A stretch of 63,462 nucleotides of DNA, filler included, from Octopus bimaculoides (Eukaryota), in the NCBI RefSeq assembly GCF_001194135.2. It is 5 parts of 4 records of this genome, joined end to end, with 100 filler letters (N's around TTAATTAATTAA, not from the genome) between each part and the next. Parts side by side here need not be neighbours in the genome. Positions count along the whole stretch, not along the records: positions 10,091 to 27,124 come from NC_068992.1; 4 more parts are not named here. The stretch is one strand, 5' to 3'. Each line of letters opens with the position of its first letter. Within the stretch, counting starts at the first letter, position 1. Of the stretch, positions 10,108 through 23,235 are shown in pieces. Under the pieces are notes generated by a model. The model did no database searches, had not been told where the DNA came from, and saw only the letters and a list, made by a program, of their open reading frames with translations. Made by a program: the position numbers and the translations under genes.

Positions 10108-10760
10108 GAAAGAGGACAACAACGCCGAGGCATAACAAGCATGTCATATAAATGATTTCATATTATCAAGGCGGTGACCTAGGCAGAATCGTTGGCATGC
10201 CGGAAAAAATGCTTAGCGGCATTTCGTCTGCCTTTACGTTCTGATTTCATATTCCGCCGTGGGCAGCTTGCCTTTCATCCTTTCGGGGTCGATAAATTAA
10301 GTACCAGTGAAATACTGGGGGGATATGCAATCGAGTATCCCCCTCCCCCAAATTTCAGCCCTTGTGCCTATAGTAGAAATGATTATTTAATTTTATTCTT
10401 AAAGTAGATAAGGTCTTACAGCCGTTTCTGGGTCAACCCAAGTGATAGGTTAGAATGCCCGTGCACTGGGTATTCCGTCATTAGAGACAAGATATGAATA
10501 TTTTAGAGGGAGAAAATTTAAAATTTACAAGGAATATAATTCACAGTTTATAAAGAATAAAAGAGAAGAATAAAGAGTAAAAGTAGTTAGAAGAATATAA
10601 CTATTATTTCTTTACTTTAACCAGCGGGTTTTAATTTAATCTCCTAAACTGTAAACCCTTAACCTCTTATATCTCCAAATCTTAAATTGTAACTTTTATT
10701 CCGAAACAATTAAATATTTAACTGGTTTCTCCATTCATGCCTGCTTCTGCATTCATCCTT
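10108..10760 (-). mobile_element. Inverted Penelope-type pLTR interrupted by a SINE
   Basis: After removing the SINE at 10168-10385, the sequence is a diverged reverse complement of ~11640-11937; HHR-like CTAATGA..GAAACGGCTGTA at 10413-10488. Confidence 0.75.
10168..10385 (+). mobile_element. tRNA-derived SINE, family 2 (Deu/Nin-like central domain)
   Basis: aaggcgg..ggcagaatcgtt head; cctttcatcctttcggggtcgataaattaagtacc core; domain name is an inference. Confidence 0.9.
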
Positions 10761-10769
10761 TAATATACT

Positions 10770-10968
10770 CGTTTCTACTATAGGCACAAGGCCTGAAATT
10801 GTGGGAGAGGGGACCAGTCGATTAGATCGACTCCAGTACACAAATGGTACTAAATTTATCGACCCCGAAAGGGTGAAAGGTAAAGTCCACCTCGGCGGAA
10901 TTTGACAGACGAAATGCCGCTAAACATTCCGCCTGCCGTGCAAACAATTCTGCCAGCCCGCCGCCTTA
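10770..10968 (-). mobile_element. Family-2 SINE, inverted relative to the 10168 copy
   Basis: Reverse complement of the same head, core and tail. Confidence 0.9.
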
Positions 10969-10989
10969 TACTTGAATATATTCATGCCA

Positions 10990-11937
10990 CCATAGGTAGG
11001 AATATATCTATAACTACTGACCATATATCTATAACTGGACCTTCATCTATTCAACAGACACAAATATTTACTGCTTGACCTCTTGCTCCAACCGTAAACT
11101 TGAGCAATAACGCTGGCATCTCATCTATCATTGTCTTTATTGCTTTTCTTATACTCCTTGATCCTTTTTTATTTTTTATCCTCCATTTTCTTCCTCCTCA
11201 CTTCTTTTATCTGTATCCTTATTTTTACCATTTATTCTTATTCTTATTTTTATTTCTAATTTTTATATTTTTGATTTTTATTTTGTTTCTTTTTTACTCT
11301 ATATTTTTCTATTTCTTTATTTTTATTCTTCTAACCAATCCTTCTGATACCCTGTCACTTACCTTCCTCCTCTCTATCCCCACAGGCTACCCCATTTCTT
11401 TCTGTCTCTCCTCATTAACATCTCTTTTCCTTTCTGTTTCTTTCTTTTTCTCCTTCTCCGTCCACTTTGCTCAATAGCCACTTTTATGGTCATTCTCTCA
11501 CAATCCAGCCACAAGATTACCATTTCTGCCAAAATATTGCCTGGATATTTATGCTGTGAACACACTAATTCACTGTAATACTGCCAGGATTTACCTTGGA
11601 TTTTACTTAAGGATATACGGACTAACATCCATCCTCTCTGAAAAATGAACCGTGACTTTATGTCCTTATTTCCTTACTCTCTACTCTTCTCTTTCAGTGA
11701 TTGCAATCTGTGAATTTTACATGTCTAGCTCTTTTATCTGAACATTTCCATGTCTAGATCTTTCGTATGTTCCCTACTTTTCTCTGATGACGGAACACTC
11801 CATATTCAGGCATACTCGCCTATAACTTGGGATATCCCAGAAACAGCTGTAAGACCTCAACTAATTTAAGAATAATGTAAAATAATCTATACGACATGAG
11901 ACGCTTATTATGCCTCGGCGTCTGTTGTCCTCTTTCA
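10990..11937 (+). mobile_element. Penelope-like element 3' region and pLTR
   Basis: Degenerate ORF-end-like PWILLKDIRTNIHPL*KMNRD followed by an HHR-bearing pLTR homologous to 10108-10760. Confidence 0.55.
11781..11856 (+). ncRNA. Hammerhead-like motif with palindromic stem III and an irregular, extended stem II
   Basis: TCT-CTGATGA(11784-11790)..TGGGATATCCCA-GAA-ACAGCTGT-A-AGA; GUA triplet at 11849-11851; TCT/AGA stem I. Confidence 0.6.
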
Positions 11938-12033
11938 CACATATATATATATGTATATATGTATGTGTATGTATATATATGTGTGTGTGTATATATATGA
12001 CTATGTATATATATGTGTGTGTGTATGTATATG

Positions 12034-12084
<51 letters not shown>

Positions 12085-14879
12085 ATATACGTATGTATGT
12101 TTATATATATGTGTATGTATATGTATACGTATGTAATTATATATGTGTATAGGTATACATACATACATACATACATATATNNNNNNNNNNNNNNNNNNNN
12201 NNNNNNNNNNNNNNNNNNNNNNNNNNNNNNNNNNNNNNNNNNNNNNNNNNNNNNNNNNNNNNNNNNNNNNNNNNNNNNNNNNNNNNNNNNNNNNNNNNNN
12301 NNNNNNNNNNNNNNNNNNNNNNNNNNNNNNNNNNNNNNNNNNNNNNNNNNNNNNNNNNNNNNNNNNNNNNNNNNNNNNATATATATATATATGTAAATAT
12401 ATATATATGTAAATATTGGTCAGTAGATGTCAATGTGACAATCTGGATGAGTTAGAGTTTAAGAAAGGAAAGAAATAACTCAAAACAAATCAAACAGTTA
12501 ATTCGCACATTACAAATATAACTTGTAAGCGGAAGAGTAAAGTTATGCAATACTTTTCTAAAGTTCAAAATGTGACATTAATTTGGTTGGGAACATTTCA
12601 ACGACGGAACTGTATATCTTTGTTAGACTCCAGTTTCTTCGATATAGCAGAATTTCAAGTAATTAAAAGCAGAAGTGAACATACTTACATAAACACATAT
12701 TTACGACAAATGTATAATGTGTAACACCCTAATTATAAATATGAGGGAATTTTCGAAAATAAGCAACATCGGTAGATTAAGGAAGCTATGGAATCTTATT
12801 CGAAGATGTTATTTAGGCTCAGAATTATTTACAATTATTTACAAGTATAGGCATTAAAAGAATTTAAAAGTTACGAACAAGAAACCTTTGGTAAATTGTA
12901 ATAACGAGCTTTTGCGTTCTAACTTCAAATTCCATTATAATTCCATAAAAATTTAGTCTATTCTGGTTCCATAGATGTATCCCTGTCAAATATAAAGGGT
13001 TATTCAAATAATGTTTTCCCGTGTTTCTTTGAGACGGAAAGGGTAGAATTTGTAGAGTTTTTAGGGGCTTTGGAGAGAACATGCTGCAATATTCGTTCTG
13101 GATATTTGCTCTCTCAGTTCAGGTTCATTTTGCCTTTCAAAAATTTTGGGTCGCTAAAAAACCACCAACCCAGAAATGGCTGAATTGTCAGACGGTTTAC
13201 TTTCCGGTATCTATTGCAGTTCCTCGTGTTTCCAGCTTAAATTGTGCCTGTGGTGTGACAGTTGCAACCGTGGAAATTTGGAACTTACAGCCATTGTACA
13301 AAGCTAGGCAAGGATATGCTGAGCAGGCATCAGTGAACAGTTGATGGAAACGGTTAAATGGAATGTCATTCCAAAATACCATATTCGCATTTGTAATTTC
13401 TTAGTTCTTATTCTGCTGGGATCATCGTTGATATATTCATGGCCGATAAAACTTGTAACTGTAGTGTACTGGGAATGTTTTAATCGAATTAATACATCCT
13501 TCCCTACATATATGTGACCTTGTTTTAATATGACAAATCAATATTACACCGAGTCGAAATTATACGCTTGTTTCTGATTAGAGACAATGTAAATAATTTG
13601 AACAATAGAAGTATCACTCGCACCACTTCTATTCTGTGTCGTTTGGAAACATCTGAATTCAAGTTGAATAATTAATATTATCCATTCTATCTAAATGTGT
13701 CCATTGTTTGTTGAACGAAGCAGAATAAATGATGTTATAATTAAATATTTTTTTATTCCTCGCTAATCATTCAAATGCAGATTAGATAACAGTCTATGGC
13801 AGTAATTCAATAAAATTACACGAGCCAGACATGTTATGCAACGAGCAGAAGATCAGCTCCCGAATTACGAGGTCCGCTTAAACATACTAATAGCATCGAC
13901 TAGTTTCATGGTTCATATCACTTTGCAGAGTTAGCAAAATTTGTTAGAGTGATGGTGTTGAGGATTACAGATGCAATGGATATTTGTTTGTAAATCTCAT
14001 TTTCTAACGTCACATGTAAATCACTCTATGTCATTTATTTGTTATTCAAATATATAAACTCTTACTGAAAGAAAACAGAATAATAAAATGGAAGTTGAAT
14101 AAAATGTTATTTTGTATGACGACGATGATGATGAAATGTGTGTTCAGGAATTCTGTGACTAATTATGTTGAAATTCTTAACAAATAGACGCTATTGTTTT
14201 CTTGGGTTTAACATTCGCTTCTTAATTCTGTAGCTCCGGGTTTGGCTCTCCTCGAGGATATCTCAGGCAAGAGCTTTATAGTGGAGTGCATAGATATATA
14301 CCACTCCAAAACATAAGCACATCTCCACGTACAAATACATACAGTCAGGACTATACACAGTATCCGTCTAAGAGATTTTACTTCAAATGTTGACTGATAT
14401 TATAAATGTTATGTGTATTTTTAGGAGCATGAGCTGGTGTTTATGTTTTTGTGTAGGATATGCAATTGCGTTAAAACGTGTCATTGCGTCATAAAAGTAT
14501 AAATTATCCTTTCGATAGCATTGAGATATGTAATAGGTTGGGTTGTTTTAATAGAAAAATACTCTTGAGGACGGCACACCTGCACAGACGCAGTAAAATG
14601 ACCGAGGTATAGCGTAAATTACTTGTAACGTAGTTGTCAATATGTTGCTAATAATTTTCATACTGTATTTGTTAACATACGAATGACTTAATGTTCGACC
14701 TCACTGCCAAGAAAAGCCTCAAATAACATATTAAAGTCTACCGTGTACTGAGTAGATACAGGAGTTGGAAAAATAATGGAAACACCTAGCATCATAGTAT
14801 CATAATTTTGAAATACCTATAAAACTGTCATAACCTTGTTTATTTTTATGTTTTTTGATTTATTATTAGCGTACATAAA

Positions 14880-15820
14880 TTTGTAATTGTTTAAAATAAA
14901 TTTATTTACATATATTCCAAACTAGTTTCAACAATATTTTTTGTTTATCAGTAGTAAATATTTAGAATTATGAATTAGAAAACATGTTTAAAAGGTTCAA
15001 TGTTGACAACTTTAAATGTTCATTACAGAAACATTTAGAATTATGAATTAGAAAAACATGTTTAAAAATTACGATGGTGACAAGTCTAAATGTTCATAAC
15101 AGTCAATAATATTAAAATTGTGAAATTTTACAAATACCAGTTGCTGACGTAACTTAACTCTAGACCGATCAAAACCGAACTTACGCAAATTCCACATAAT
15201 GACTGTTTAAGTGAATCAACCAACAGGAACGACTGATAACCGTTCCACACAGGGAAGCCAACCAGGCGGAACGACAAACTTGACCAGCAGAAAACCAAGA
15301 CGTCACCAGTACTTTAACGAATCAAAAATCAGATTCACTCGCGGAAAAAATTATAAATACACCGGATTACAAAAACATACCGTTACAAGCGAAAATTTCT
15401 ACACACGATAGAAAGAGGATCAGAGAAATTGTAAATCAATTCCCTATATTTACTAGCTTCATTTTCTCTTTTTTTCCCCTCAACTCAATATGACTGAAAC
15501 TTTCATGATATTTATTTCTTATTGATCACTACTAACACTAATGAGCTTTGTAGATTCATAGAGACTGATGCACAGTTTTAATATTATTGACCGTTACGAA
15601 CATTTAAAATTATCAACATCGAAATTTTTAAACATGTTTTTCTGATCCATAATTCTGAATTTGTCTGTTATGAATATTTAAACTTGTCAGCATGGAACCT
15701 TTTAAATATGTTTTTCTATTTCCTAATTCTCAATTTTTACCATTGATAAACAAAAAATATTGTTGAAATGAGTTTGCTATATATGTAAATAAATTTATTT
15801 TAAACAATTACAAGTTTTTC
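14880..15820. mobile_element. Foldback/MITE-like element: ~245 bp imperfect inverted arms around a ~450 bp core
   Basis: 14880-15122 matches the reverse complement of 15572-15820 at roughly 80% by eye; each arm contains two ~70 bp subrepeats. Confidence 0.85.
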
Positions 15821-16338
15821 AAACTTAAGTACATTTTCAACAATAAATTTGCCTATATTTTTTCCTGCATGGAAATGCACACCTCTTCCATTATATATAT
15901 ATATATAATTCAAGCGGGTAACAATATGCTCTTCTACCGATTGATAATGCCGGTTAACATATCTGAGCTTCTGTACCTTCAGTTGGTTGGTTTAACTCTT
16001 CTTCATACATTCTAACGCCTGAACATCCAGTTGTTTCTATAGAGACTGTATGCTTTTCGATAGAGGAGAAATAATAAAGAATCAGTCACAAGGAAACAAA
16101 GAATAGAGACTATCGAATTTTTTTATTATGCAGTCGTTTATGTTCGTCTATTGTCGCCTACGTAACGTTGCCTTTGCTATCAAATTGCATCTTCCGCATC
16201 TTTCAGTGTATTATGATGCTACAATCCAACAAGGGCTTCATCAGGGCATTTTGACCACTAATTTGATTTCTTCGAAATGGAAAATACTTCCAACCCCACA
16301 AAAATTTTTGTCTTTTTATTTCTTTGTTTGTTCAACCG

Positions 16339-16531
16339 TATGATAACATCGTTCTAGAAATATCTCAAACTAAACGTTTGACTCACGTGGACAAAGAAAT
16401 GAATTAACTGTCATAAATGTAGGCCATATCAAAATTTATCACTTTTGAGTTCTTAAGATCAGTTTACTGTCATCAATGTTTGCACCTTTGCCATACCTAG
16501 CTTATTCATTTACTACTATTACCACTACTCC
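16339..16531 (+). repeat. Left arm of a 193 bp inverted repeat (partner 19580-19772)
   Basis: One mismatch (cacgtgg versus cacatgg) over 193 bp. Confidence 0.92.
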
Positions 16532-16601
16532 ACGACCACCCCTATAATTGTTTTTATTACTACTGTTATTTATTATTATCATTAATAATAATTATTAATA
16601 T

Positions 16602-16818
16602 TAAGGCGGCGAGCTGGCAGAAACGTTAGCACACCGGGCGAAATGCTTTGCGGTGTTTCGTCGGTCTTTACATTCTGAGTTCAAATTCCGCCGAGGTCGA
16701 CTTTGCCCTTCATCCTTTCGGGGTCGATTAAATAACTACCAGTTGTGTACTAGGGTCGATGTAATCGACTTGCCCCCATCACCAAACATTTCAGGCCTTG
16801 TGCTTAGAGTAAAAAAAG
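16602..16818 (+). mobile_element. Family-2 SINE with a 15-bp target-site duplication
   Basis: CpG-rich full copy flanked by aataattattaatat (16587-16601 and 16819-16833). Confidence 0.92.
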
Positions 16819-19579
16819 AATAATTATTAATATAAGTAGATATTTCTGAATTACTATTCATATAACCTAATTAACTTTTCGGATATACAATTGATTGGTT
16901 AGTATCTTTTCTCTTTTCTATAATATTTATTATTAGCTGTATGAAATCAACCTTTGGTTTACATTACTAACTAACTCTGTACTCCAGTTTTATTTAATAT
17001 TAATTATTATGTAATTATTCGTACGCACTGTAAATATACTTAGCTTGGTGAACACACCTCATTAGTCTTTCAAGCTTGCGGTTAACTAATTTAAGTTTGG
17101 ATGTGACAATCTGGTAGAATTTTTGGACACACAATTCACATATTTTACTTCCTCTACTGTAAGGTTTATCCCGGCTAATTATCTCCCAGGTTAGTGTATA
17201 GTCCTTATTTATATCTTTATTCTATCCCTATCCCTAAATGTGTTTTCGTGATTAGCTATCATTCATTTTATATAATTTTCTGTAACTCCTATATGATAGT
17301 ATACCTGCCCTTCTGAAGTAACCTTATATCTGTATATAATTTCTTTAATTTTGCCTTTAGAATCCGGCAAAATAAGTGGAAAAAAATAATGCCTGTTCTG
17401 TGCGCTGTTTGAATGCATTTCATACCCCTCTTTCTTACTTTCAACGACGTATATTTCGTTTCAAATTGCCATGATTTGAAATCGAGATATGAAAGTGAAG
17501 TAATTTTGGACGAACATTGTATAAAGTCTCCAAACAAAATTAGTCCATTAAATTTCCATTTATCTCACAAAATGTCAAAGATGTAAATTTTGTATGTTTC
17601 AAGATGTTTGACAGCTATACCTCATTGCAGTTTCATATTTCATAAACTAAGTTTCTTAAGTCTGCCGTTCCAATGCATAAATTTTATTTTGTTTTTGCGA
17701 TAAATTTAATGATGATGATGATGATGATGACGACGACGACGACGACGAAGATGGTGATGATGACGATGATAGCGCACATGCAAACTCATACACACACATA
17801 TACAGGCAGCCCCTCGCACACACAAACAGACATATGCAGGTGTGTATTGGGTAGTGTTGAAAAATTAGGTAAATTCATTTTATATATTTAAGTTATAGTT
17901 ATAAATTACACAAGTTTATCTTTTAACATAGGAGATACATACATAATACATACATATATAGATACATAGATGCATACATATATTCAAACTTACCTACGTA
18001 CATATATATTGTATATCATATATATTTCATATTGCATATTATATATTACATATATAAAATATATATTATATACATATTATATATCATATATGTATATTAT
18101 GTATCATATATGCATATTATATTATGTTATATATATAAATATATGTATGTGTATAGGAAAGAGATGTGACAATGGAATAAATGAGTATCTTAGGATCTTC
18201 ATTAGCTTAAAGTTATTTCTGCTATAAGATATAAAGAGCTCATGGCTGAATGTGTAAATAACACTTTATAGCTTCATCGGAGCCTTAAATGTGAATATAC
18301 GTATACACATATACACACACATACACATACATTCCACAGATTCTGATGCAGTGGGACTTACCCATACACGCACCTATACACCTATATATACACACACATA
18401 TATATATATATACATAATAATCTATATCTGTATATATGTATCTATATATATATATACATATTTATATATATCCATCTATGTATGCATACACATGTACATA
18501 TACATAAATGCGAGCGTGTGTGTACATATACGTGTCCATATTTGGAGTGAGAGGTTTCTGTTTCGCACATCTCGGCTGTCTTTCCGGAATATTTTTCTTG
18601 TGGAGCATCAAGTTAGATAGAACAGCTCTTCTTTGGATCACCCGATACAACATGATGTGATGCAGTACGTTGTCAAAATCTTTTTGAAATTATCCACACC
18701 TAGTTAAATACACAGAGTTAATATTTCCACGTAATGTTTGTACTAAACCAGGGATGCTGTCTAAAATGTAGGTATCTGAAAGTAAATTACAATTTATAAT
18801 AGGACCTGTGGAACTTCCACAGAAAGAAAAATATTAAGAGAACTATTTAAGAAAGAAATAGCTCCAGTCACAATAATATATTATATGATTTTAAGATTTC
18901 TCGCCTTTGAACTCTTTACATATCTCGCTATCATTTCAACAAATATTTAAACATGTAATGTCCCCCTTCATGTCTTTAACATTTCTCTCTTTCTCTTCAC
19001 CTTTCCCTCCCTACCCTGCAGCACGTCATGAACACTTCTCTATCCCACTTTTCTCTCTCTGTCTTGGCCTTAGTGTATTATTATACTCCTCCCTTCTTTC
19101 TTCTCTACTCACATTTCTCTCCCTCCACTTTCTCACGTTTACACAACCACACACACACACACTCCACACTTCACCCTCTAACTAAAGTATAACAGGTGAA
19201 CGAACAAGCAGATTACTATATAGATATGAAAAATCATTCAGTAGATGAATTTAGAAACAAAGTTGTTGCGGGTCTCCTTTGGTAGAACTCCACATGTAAT
19301 TTCCATCACGGGAAAAAGACATTTCAGACGTGACTCTGCTGCATGTTTATTCAAAACTTTATGTAAGTGAGATTACATTATTCAATAGAACCTTACTTCT
19401 TCAGATGCAAAATAACGAACACGGAGTAGTGGTAATAGTAGTAAATGAATAAGCTAGGTATGGCAAAGGTGCAAACATTGATGACAGTAAACTGATCTTA
19501 AGAACTCAAAAGTGATAAATTTTGATATGGCCTACATTTATGACAGTTAATTCATTTCTTTGTCCATNNNNNNNNNNNC

Positions 19580-19772
19580 GGAGTAGTGGTAATAGTAGTA
19601 AATGAATAAGCTAGGTATGGCAAAGGTGCAAACATTGATGACAGTAAACTGATCTTAAGAACTCAAAAGTGATAAATTTTGATATGGCCTACATTTATGA
19701 CAGTTAATTCATTTCTTTGTCCATGTGAGTCAAACGTTTAGTTTGAGATATTTCTAGAACGATGTTATCATA
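19580..19772 (-). repeat. Right arm of the 193 bp inverted repeat
   Basis: Reverse complement of 16339-16531. Confidence 0.92.
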
Positions 19773-20184
19773 TTTATATTGCATTCTCCTGTTCCTGTTA
19801 TTGATGAAGTTGATCTGTGCTCAATAATATTCCAGTCATGACCATCAAGTCATTTATCTATGCAAAATTCACAGCGGATCACATTATTTAATGTCGCTGC
19901 TTTTCTAAGGTTGCGGGGTGTGACTTCTGGAAAAGTTGGTTGATGCTTCTAACAGTTAGAGCGACTGATCTTGTTTTCTGTGTCTCGTGATATGTATATA
20001 GATGTATTTATAGTGTAATAACTAATATCCGTTGCGTTATCATGTAGTTATTAAGTTACACTTATATTGCATTTCCTCACAACCATGAAACGCATATATC
20101 TCTTTATCATATCCACAATCTATCTATATACTGTCTACCTGTGTCCACACGCAGTTAGATATACCACACACACACGCACACAAA

Positions 20185-20237
<53 letters not shown>

Positions 20238-20914
20238 ATATAAACTGTTTGCAATGTGTTAACGTGTGTGTGGACATACATACATATTTATGTATACATA
20301 ACTGAATATATATAAATATATATTTATGTATGTATATTATTCTATGAAAACATAAACGTTGAAGGTCGTAACTTCATACGAATTCATACATAACTTATTT
20401 TCTATAAATGTAATCAATGGAGTGTTGCCAAAATCTCATCAATCCTTTATTGTAAAGTAAATTTGAAAGTAATGACTTCATGTAATAAAATATAATTCAT
20501 GACAAATGGAATGTCCTAGTAGCCATTTTGTTTCCATAATTCAATACTTGCCATTGTGTAAGTTATTTAGTGCCATGTCAACTTTGGTTCTATAGACCTT
20601 TTCTAACAAACCTTCTACCTACCATTACCTCGACATTGTGTTGGCTGTTATATGTACGAATATGTTATCTAATGTGTCCTTCATTGTCAAAGACGACAGA
20701 TATGACAACAAGGTTATTTGACTGCTGTTTCAGGAAGCCCCAGCGACAGTGATGAGGCATGTTTTGATCTTGGAATATATTGACATTTAAGATCAATGAG
20801 AATATTCAGTAGATTGTAAATATCACTTAGCAGGTTGAAAGACCGCTTTATATATATCTATATGTCTCTGTCTGTTTGTGTGTCTGCCCGTCTGTCTGTC
20901 TGTATACCTGTGAG

Positions 20915-20964
<50 letters not shown>

Positions 20965-22167
20965 AATCGATTTGTTTATCTGCCTGACTGTCTACCTGTC
21001 TTTGTTACGCTATGGGAATATACCCCATCTATTGTAAGATATAAGCCAGAATCAAACGTAGACCAATAGTAAAAATTACAGATTTACCTCCCCTTTACTG
21101 AAAAAACACCTTAGCTACCAATTATCCCTCCTAGAAAAACAAAATGTTTGATTCAGAATTGCATCCAAAACTCAAATTTTGAAAAGCGATAGCGATATCG
21201 GTTATTATGTTGGAAGGAAAGAATCTTATTTTGTACAATATTTTATAATACTTTTGCTATTATGATTCTAATATATTCTTTAGTCCTGTAAAACAAATCT
21301 GCGTTTTTCCATCTTATTTCTTTCCGTATATATTCAAGCGCCATACTTTCTATCTTTTATATATATATATATATATATGCACATATGTATATAAACACTT
21401 ATACAAACAGTAACACACACCCATGTATTTACTAAATGCATGCATGCATACATATGTGTGTGTGTGTTTGTGTGTGTGTTTGTGTGCGTGCATGTGTGTT
21501 CGTGTGTGTGTGTAAGCTCGGGGTGCACACGCGTTTGTTAGCACGAGTAAGCGTATGCGTTTTCTTCAATTAAAAGCAAAATTGAATCCTTGTTTGTTCA
21601 TCATAGCAGCGATGAAAGCGATGAAAGAGATGACAGACTATGACAGCAACATCCTTGTGCTAATGGTGTTACTCAGTGTATCATAGACATATAATATTTT
21701 CTTCTTCTTAAATGTATATCACCAATAAAGTAAATAGTATCCTGATTATCATTGGGCAAGTTTGATATCAAACATTGTATTATGTACTCCTATCGTAACA
21801 CTTTTTCTAACAATTAATATTCAGTGTTGATGACTTGATATCCTCCTTTAGCAAACTTTTTTTTTTTTTTGCTGTTTTCAATTATTTCCTCTTACATCAT
21901 CAAACAGGGGCATGTTAACAACGTTCTGGGGTTTGATATAATCGACAATATACAACTCTCAATGAAATCTGCATTCAGCTAACTTCAAGCGTGTACAAGT
22001 AGTAACCTTACGAATTCTTTAACTCTTTGATCACATATAAACATAAATTTCTTAGAAATCATACAAAAGATGAGTAAATTCGAGTGAAATTATTTTAGAA
22101 TATTCCAGATATGTATTTTACCAATTCCGTGTGAAATATTGGGTCAATATATGCTGAAATTATTTAA

Positions 22168-22378
22168 CCTTTTAACCGTTAGTTTACTTTGTCAAATATA
22201 ATACTTATTTATTTCCATTTAATAATGCATTATCTCATAGCTTCGGGATTCTGAAGGTGTCATCATTTAGTTTTAGAATGGCATTGTAGGGCAAGTGTGA
22301 GTGGTCAGATCTGGTCAGTTTGAACGTAAAGTATATAGAATATTTGGGATGGATATGACCGATTAAAATGTTAAAGTG
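22168..22378. mobile_element. Degenerate piggyBac-type MITE
   Basis: Flanked by TTAA on both sides, with decayed CCTTT/AAAGTG termini. Confidence 0.55.
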
Positions 22379-23129
22379 TTAACTAGAGTTGCAAACAGCA
22401 GCTTTGAATGTACTGTATATATTTATAATAATAATTAACACGCTCGTGTGCACTCAGATATGAGAAACCCATTAGCTGTTGAAATCGTCTTGGTAGAATA
22501 TTTTCCTCATAGACAATATGTAATGAAAACATATCATTGAGCTATGAATGGCATCATCAGATTGTAGGATGCTTGTTTCCAAGCCTTATCCCTCACCACG
22601 TACGATTTCCAAATTAGACTTTCACAGCTCTCTAGATGCGATGACAGAATTTATTGTCAAATGTTGCGTTTTTTAGACTTGTTTCTTTTTAAGGAGGATA
22701 TTCCTCAGAGACTGTTTCGACAGCAAAACTTCTTCCAGCTTGGTAGTTTACACGAACGTATTAAATATGATTAAACTCGTCTATATAGTATTTGCCGTAT
22801 TTAAAATCTACCAAATCCTTGTAACATGGGGCCAATACATTTGATATTTATAATCTATATATTCCTTGTAAAACTTATAAGGAGCACACACCAGAGTAAA
22901 TGTTTATTTATTCAATCTGTTACAATTTGACATCTAACTGGATATGGAATTAAAATTTGGATAATAGTAAAATCTTTGGTGTTTAGTTCATCATTTGGCA
23001 CGGCTCTTTAACACATTTGGATAGATGAGCACTTTATAAGTTAACCAAAAATTAAAACTATTTGACGAGAGATATTAGATGAATACCTCTATATCAGTGA
23101 TTGATATATATTTTATGTTATAGATCGTA

Positions 23130-23235
23130 GTAGGATTAAAGACAAAGGCGACATGACTCGGATTTGAACTCAGTATATAAAGAGCCAGTTATGCAAGGAA
23201 TTTTCTCGAACACTGAAACCTTGACAACCCCACCA
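23130..23235 (-). mobile_element. Degenerate family-2 SINE fragment
   Basis: ggattaaagacaaaggcgac..ggatttgaactcag matches the reverse-complement core and B box. Confidence 0.55.

Noticed and set aside
11820-12433. Long ORFs rich in YI/HT/CV/ER or X here and throughout
   Set aside because: Translations of (TA)n, (CA)n, (GA)n and N-gaps
13197-13382. 61-aa ORF that looks protein-like
   Set aside because: No recognisable domain, no flanking splice support, and neighbouring frames are closed
18560-18700. Faint RT-like FKK.FDNVLH motif on the minus strand
   Set aside because: Needs a frameshift and nothing else matches
19423-19727. Exact ~145 bp direct repeat either side of an 11-N gap
   Set aside because: Typical unmerged contig overlap
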